A stretch of 32,000 nucleotides of DNA from Propionibacterium freudenreichii subsp. freudenreichii (GTDB lineage Bacteria; Actinomycetota; Actinomycetes; Propionibacteriales; Propionibacteriaceae), in NCBI RefSeq assembly GCF_000940845.1, contig NZ_CP010341.1:330001-362000 (forward strand), written 5' to 3'. The notes beneath the pieces are model-generated. The model did no database searches and was not told the DNA's origin. It saw nothing but the letters and a program-made list of their open reading frames with translations. Within the stretch, counting starts at the first letter, position 1. Every line of letters begins with the position of its first letter. The translations under genes and the position numbers were made by a program. Positions 25,380 to 32,000 of this stretch are shown piece after piece.

Positions 25380-26273
25380 ATGACCATCGCCCCTCTCGAG
25401 ATCCACGTCATCGCAGACTCCTCGGGTGAAACCGGTGCCCGGGTGGCCCGTGCAGCCCGCATGCAGTTTCCCAACCAGCGCTTCACCATCGTGCGCCATG
25501 CCCGGGTGCGCAACGCCGACACCCTGCTCGAGGTGTTCGACGACATCTCGGACTCCGCCGACCCCACGGTGGGCCAGTCGCGACGGGTCATCTTCTACAC
25601 GCTCGTCAACGGCGAGATGCGCGGCATGGTCGAGCGCTATTGCGACGACAAGTCGATCCCGCGTGCCGACCTGATGGGTGATGCGCTGATCGCGCTGTCG
25701 CAGGTGGCCAAGACCAGCGCCGACGAGGTGCCGATGCGTCCGGTCGGCGTGGAGGCCGACTACTTCGAACGCATCAGCGCCATGGAGTTCGCCGTGCGCA
25801 ACGACGACGGCGTGATGCCCGACTCGTTGCGCGAGAGCGACATCTGCCTGATCGGCGCCTCGCGCTCGGGCAAGACCCCCCTGTCGATCTACCTGGGCTA
25901 TGCCGGCTACAAGACGGTCAACGTGCCGATCGTGCCGGGCATCAAGGCCCCCGAACAGCTCTACGAGATCGATCGCTGGCGCATCGTCGGGTTGACGATC
26001 GACGCCGAGCGCCTGCTGCAGATCCGCCAGCGGCGCGTCAAGGGGCTGGGCGGCTATGGCACGAAAGACGGATACTCGGACCTCGCCAAGATCTACGATG
26101 AACTTGACGAGGTGAAGGCCGTGCAACGAAGCCTGGGCTGCCCGATCCTTGACACCACCGGCCTGGCGTTGGAGGAGGCCGCGGCGCGCGTTATCGACAT
26201 TGTGGAGAGGCGTGCCAAGCAGTTCGGCGCCCATTTGCGTCGTCCTGCCGGCAGCATGAAACTCACTCCCTGA
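25380..26273 (+). CDS. pyruvate phosphate dikinase regulatory protein (PDRP / PpsR family, DUF299 kinase-phosphotransferase)
   Basis: The start is taken at ATG 25380 (MTIAPLEIHVIADSSGETG). The P-loop region LIGASRSGKTPLSIYLGYAGYKTVNVPIVPG is typical of the family. The gene lies immediately upstream of ppdK. Confidence 0.85.
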   Translation: MTIAPLEIHVIADSSGETGARVARAARMQFPNQRFTIVRHARVRNADTLLEVFDDISDSADPTVGQSRRVIFYTLVNGEMRGMVERYCDDKSIPRADLMGDALIALSQVAKTSADEVPMRPVGVEADYFERISAMEFAVRNDDGVMPDSLRESDICLIGASRSGKTPLSIYLGYAGYKTVNVPIVPGIKAPEQLYEIDRWRIVGLTIDAERLLQIRQRRVKGLGGYGTKDGYSDLAKIYDELDEVKAVQRSLGCPILDTTGLALEEAAARVIDIVERRAKQFGAHLRRPAGSMKLTP

Positions 26274-26384
26274 GCGGGGTTGAGCTAGCGGCGCAAAACC
26301 GGAACAATCAAAACCACGCGGCCGACCGTTGCGTGTTCAACAATGAGAAGTCGAGATGGTGTCAAAGAAGTGACCAGTTCGACC

Positions 26385-26445
26385 CGACGGGGGAGTGTGC
26401 AAGCACCCCCGTCGCGGCCATAAGGGCCAACGGGGAGGCCCCGTT
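26385..26445 (+). promoter_or_regulatory. two consecutive GC-rich hairpins in the ppdK leader / PDRP 3' region
   Basis: Hairpin 1 is CGACGGGGG..CCCCCGTCG (26385-26414). Hairpin 2 is AACGGGG-AGG-CCCCGTT (26429-26445), followed by TGCTTGCC. They lie 110-170 nt after the PDRP stop and 37-97 nt before the ppdK GTG. An unusually A-rich stretch precedes them at 26300-26345. Confidence 0.35.
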
Positions 26446-26481
26446 TGCTTGCCACATGTGTTGTCAAAGGAGATATCAGCC

Positions 26482-29139
<2,658 letters not shown>

Positions 29140-29153
29140 CAGGTGAACCGCCG

Positions 29154-29184
29154 GGGTTGCCGCGGCCAGTGAGCGCGGCAACCC
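29154..29184 (+). terminator. GC-rich hairpin 15 nt after the ppdK stop
   Basis: An 11-bp stem GGGTTGCCGCG / CGCGGCAACCC with a 9-nt loop and no U-tract. A second 9-bp hairpin (ACTCCGGCG..CGCCGGAGT) follows near 29205-29240. Confidence 0.55.
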
Positions 29185-29277
29185 TGACGGCGCCGACGCA
29201 GGTGGACTCCGGCGTGCTGGGAAACCGGTGCGCCGGAGTTCTGTGCGTCGGCAGTTCTGTGCGGGCATGGGGGCGCA

Positions 29278-29500
29278 CCCGTGGGAATCACGGTCGCGGA
29301 ACCGCGCCCGGTGGAGCCGCAGAGATGCACCCGGTGGAAATGCGGCCGCGGAGATGCGGGCGTGGGGATACGGCCGCGACAGTGCGGCCGCTGAAATGTG
29401 GCCGAGGAGGCTGCAACCGTGGGGATACGGCCGCGGAAATGTGGCCGAGGAGGCTGCAACCGTGGCGATGCGGCCCGGGGAATGCAGGCCGTGGGAGAAG
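29278..29500. repeat. cluster of degenerate short direct repeats (motif CCGTGGNGANNCGGCCGCGGANATG, about 5 copies; 43-nt tandem unit x2)
   Basis: An 18-nt exact repeat CGTGGGGATACGGCCGCG occurs at 29361-29378 and 29418-29435. The tandem 43-nt units at 29393-29435 and 29436-29478 share their first 30 nt exactly (GAAATGTGGCCGAGGAGGCTGCAACCGTGG). More degenerate copies lie near 29278, 29330 and 29460. Confidence 0.8.
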
Positions 29501-29600
29501 CGCGCCGAAGGGCCTGCCCTAGACTGAATTTCGCCGCCGGACGCCGCTGATGTGCGTCCGCGTGAGCCCGGACATGGTCACCATCGGGAGGGTTTTGTCA

Positions 29601-32000
29601 ATGGCGGACGAGCACAACGGCGCAGTCGGAGCACCTTCGACGCATCTGTGGGGCGAGTCGGCCTGGCTTGCCCTCGACATGTGGCGGATCAGCTACACAC
29701 CCGGTGACTGGTTGATGGTTGCCGGGCCGCGCTGCGTCGTCATGCTGCGCCCGCTGCCCAGCACCGACCCCGCCGCACTGGAGCCGTTGTGGCGCGATGT
29801 GTCGTCGGGGGCACCCCTCGAGCAGGTGATCGACACGCTCAACAAGCACGGCCTGGCGCAACTGTCCGAGGTGGCCGTGGCGGGACTGACCGCCGACGGC
29901 GTGCGCTGCCTGTTGCGTGGCGGCGTGCAGGTGTTGGACGCCCGATCGAGCCAGCTGCTGGCCCGCGGCGGCAGCACCCCCGCATGGTGCGACGCGGTGC
30001 TCAGCTCCCTGTACCTGCGCATCGTGCCCGCCCGCGACGACGGCGGCTCGGCGATGCCACTGTCGGCAGGGCCTGAATTGGAGATGTCGGTGGGCATGGC
30101 GCAGTGCGCCGCGGTGCTGGTGGACATGCGCGTGGAGACCCTCGCGGCGCGTCAGCCGGCCAGCGTCGACGCGCAGGTGCGGGCCGTGCAACGCGCCGAG
30201 TCCGGCGCAGAGGCTTTTGGTGCTGGTGCGGGCCTTGCGGCGCCCGGCCATGGTGGCGGTGCCTCCGCGCCCGGTGATGCCCCCATGGGCGTCGATGACG
30301 ATGAGGACGCGGTGGATGGCGAGGACATCTCCGATGACCAGCCCGTCGGGGCAGACGGGCGCGATGTGTCCCGCATGGATATGGCGGACCGGAGCGACGT
30401 CTCCCGCGCAGGTGTCCCGGCTGCGCGCACCGATGGCGCGTCTGGTGCCCGCCCCTGGAGTGTCGGCACCCGGGCAACTGGTGGCGACGAGCGCGGCTCG
30501 GCTGAGTTGACCGCCGATGAGCAGGCTCGCGATGAGCAGTCCGCCGACACATCCCTCGACGCGGAGCAGTCCAGCCCCGAGCAGTCCGGCGCAGGACAGT
30601 CTGGTGCAGGGCAGCCGGGGGCGTGGCAGCCCCACGATCAGCAGGCCGACCACCAGCAGCCGGTTGACCAGCAGTCCGGCGGTGGGCATTCCGATGTCAG
30701 CCAGACCGAGGGGGACCAGGCCGATGAGGACCAGGCCGGCGCCGAACACGGCCGCCAGTGGTCCAGCGCATCCCCCGAGGTGCTGCGCGAGATGGGCCTG
30801 GCCGCCGACGGCAGCGAACCGGCATCCGCGCCGCCGGCGTCAGCACCCGCGGCTGGCGCGTCGCAGGTCTTCGGCGCCCCCGAGCGGCCTGCGCCGTCCA
30901 AGGTGGCGGACACCGGACAGCCCGACGCCGCCCGCGCCGCCCATGCGTGGTTCGAGGAGAGCACCGGCTTTGCCGTCGGCGCACCCTCCGACGCCGAGGC
31001 CTTCATGTTCGAACCCACCCAGGCCTTGCCCGACAAGCAGGCCATGCCGGTGGTCAACCCTCCCGAGCCCGAAGCCGCCAACGACGCCAAGGGGCCGGCA
31101 GACGCCCCCGCGACACCGGACGTGGACGGATCGGCCGATGCCGGGACCGACCCATCCGGGACCGACGTGGCTGCCGACGAGGGCTCGGCGCGCCGGCATC
31201 GTCCTGGCCAGGACTCCGCCGAGGGGATTCCGCGACGTCGCCGCCCGGTCACGTCCGGGGAGGGCAGGTCGGAGGAGAACCTCGGGCTGTCCCTGGTCGA
31301 CGACCTGATGCGCGATTCCGAGCGCGCCGCGAACCACCCCGGCGAGTCCTTCAGCGTCGGGTTGTTCGGTGCGCCGATCGAGTCGTCGATCGACCTGAGC
31401 GCCCCGGCGCCGGTCGTGGGTTCCCGGGAGCCGCACGAGCCTGCCGAGCCACCGGCCCACGGCGTCGGGACGCCGGCCAATCCCGCTCCCACAAGCGGCG
31501 ATGCCGCGCCGCAGCCAGCCCCGCACCAGCCAGCGCCGCACCAGGACGCGCCACAGCAAGGGAACCAGCAGCACGGGATTCAGCAGCACATGACCCCTGC
31601 CGGGGCGCACCCCGAGGTCGTTGCGGGCCTGACCAGCCCGGGCGCGGAAAGTCCCGGTCCGAGCGGCCCGAGCGCGGGTGATCCGGGGCACGACCGCAGG
31701 CCTGCCGACGGCCGCGCTGACCTCGAACCCGAGGCAACCCTCCAGCCCCCGGCAAGCACCGGGGCGCCCTTCACCCCGCCGGCGCCGGCATTCCCTGCGC
31801 CGTCAGAGCAGGGGCAGCGCGCTGACGTGCTGCCCGATGCCGCCCCGGACCGTCCCGGTGCGGTGCCGCCGATGCCCGCCGGGCAGGCCTCGGCCGCGAG
31901 CACGATGCGCGAACCTGCCGTGGAGTCGCCGCAGGGAGCGTCGGCCAGCGACACGGCCGGCCCCTCCCGGGCTGCCGGTGCCGTCCCGCGGGCGCCGCTG
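29601..32000 (+). CDS. large protein with a ~190-aa folded N-terminal domain and a >600-aa acidic, Pro/Gln/Ala-rich low-complexity region; 3' end beyond the window
   Basis: ATG at 29601 with GGGAGGG 8 nt upstream. I translated this frame by hand to position 32000 (800 codons) and found no stop. Third-position GC is very high. It is absent from the supplied ORF track because it never terminates inside the window. It begins MADEHNGAVGAPSTHLWGESAWLALDMWRISYTPGDWLMVAGPRCVVMLRPLPS... No family recognised. Confidence 0.75.
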   Translation, partial: MADEHNGAVGAPSTHLWGESAWLALDMWRISYTPGDWLMVAGPRCVVMLRPLPSTDPAALEPLWRDVSSGAPLEQVIDTLNKHGLAQLSEVAVAGLTADGVRCLLRGGVQVLDARSSQLLARGGSTPAWCDAVLSSLYLRIVPARDDGGSAMPLSAGPELEMSVGMAQCAAVLVDMRVETLAARQPASVDAQVRAVQRAESGAEAFGAGAGLAAPGHGGGASAPGDAPMGVDDDEDAVDGEDISDDQPVGADGRDVSRMDMADRSDVSRAGVPAARTDGASGARPWSVGTRATGGDERGSAELTADEQARDEQSADTSLDAEQSSPEQSGAGQSGAGQPGAWQPHDQQADHQQPVDQQSGGGHSDVSQTEGDQADEDQAGAEHGRQWSSASPEVLREMGLAADGSEPASAPPASAPAAGASQVFGAPERPAPSKVADTGQPDAARAAHAWFEESTGFAVGAPSDAEAFMFEPTQALPDKQAMPVVNPPEPEAANDAKGPADAPATPDVDGSADAGTDPSGTDVAADEGSARRHRPGQDSAEGIPRRRRPVTSGEGRSEENLGLSLVDDLMRDSERAANHPGESFSVGLFGAPIESSIDLSAPAPVVGSREPHEPAEPPAHGVGTPANPAPTSGDAAPQPAPHQPAPHQDAPQQGNQQHGIQQHMTPAGAHPEVVAGLTSPGAESPGPSGPSAGDPGHDRRPADGRADLEPEATLQPPASTGAPFTPPAPAFPAPSEQGQRADVLPDAAPDRPGAVPPMPAGQASAASTMREPAVESPQGASASDTAGPSRAAGAVPRAPL

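Noticed and set aside
26395-26481. N-terminal extension of ppdK (track start 26395).
   Set aside because: The extension (MCKHPRRGHKGQRGGPVCLPHV..) overlaps the leader hairpins and has no RBS. GTG 26482 is preceded by AAGGAG and gives the canonical PPDK N-terminus (SEKYIYDL..).
29278-29500. Possible CRISPR array.
   Set aside because: The repeats are degenerate, their spacing is irregular (about 30-58 nt start to start, so some spacers would be only a few nt), there is no leader, and there are no cas genes in the window.
29598-31954. Multiple listed ORFs on both strands in 29.6-32.0 kb (for example 29598..30749 -, 30517..31308 +, 30638..31492 -, 30758..31681 +, 30840..31691 -).
   Set aside because: All of them overlap the single frame that stays open from 29601 to the window edge and has an RBS and strong third-position GC. 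They are read as shadows of that gene.

Overview
High-GC actinobacterial chromosome. The gene content (pyruvate phosphate dikinase with its regulator, plus an acetyl-CoA hydrolase/CoA-transferase family enzyme) suggests Propionibacteriaceae, but that is inference only. Most of the window (about 6.3-22.6 kb and 25.2-32 kb) is an ordinary housekeeping backbone: HAD phosphatase, 2-hydroxyacid dehydrogenase, SDR, CoA-transferase, DUF1015, LssY-like protein, aldo/keto reductase, YwiC-like protein, RsmC-like methyltransferase, MATE exporter, PDRP and PPDK, and a large low-complexity protein that runs off the 3' edge. Two accessory patches interrupt it. (1) Positions 1-6.24 kb lie next to tRNA-Gly(CCC). 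They hold an ISL3 element and an IS66 element, each with an intact 8-bp target duplication. The IS66 cleanly splits a small membrane-protein gene. This patch also holds a decayed integrative-element remnant (a truncated, frameshifted tyrosine recombinase, an excisionase-like ORF and a DUF4190-like membrane protein). The remnant is bracketed by an imperfect 54-bp direct repeat that includes the last 11 nt of the tRNA. (2) Positions 22.6-25.2 kb hold a lone Mrr-type restriction gene bracketed by 157-bp direct repeats that are 156/157 identical. One of these repeats carries an IS481-family insertion at a CTAG site, and the other serves as its empty-site control. The most unusual signal is the repeat family itself. 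It has a long-stem hairpin module (5 copies, with compensatory base-pair substitutions between copies) and a separate 36-nt hairpin core that is identical in 4 copies and occurs in both orientations relative to the first module. Three genes carry single-nucleotide frameshifts at short homopolymers: the ISL3 transposase, a secreted protein of unknown function, and an isochorismatase-family hydrolase. These could be real pseudogenes or assembly errors. No CRISPR array, rRNA or recognisable multi-gene defence operon is present. All calls rest on reading the sequence and recalling protein families, and no searches were run.
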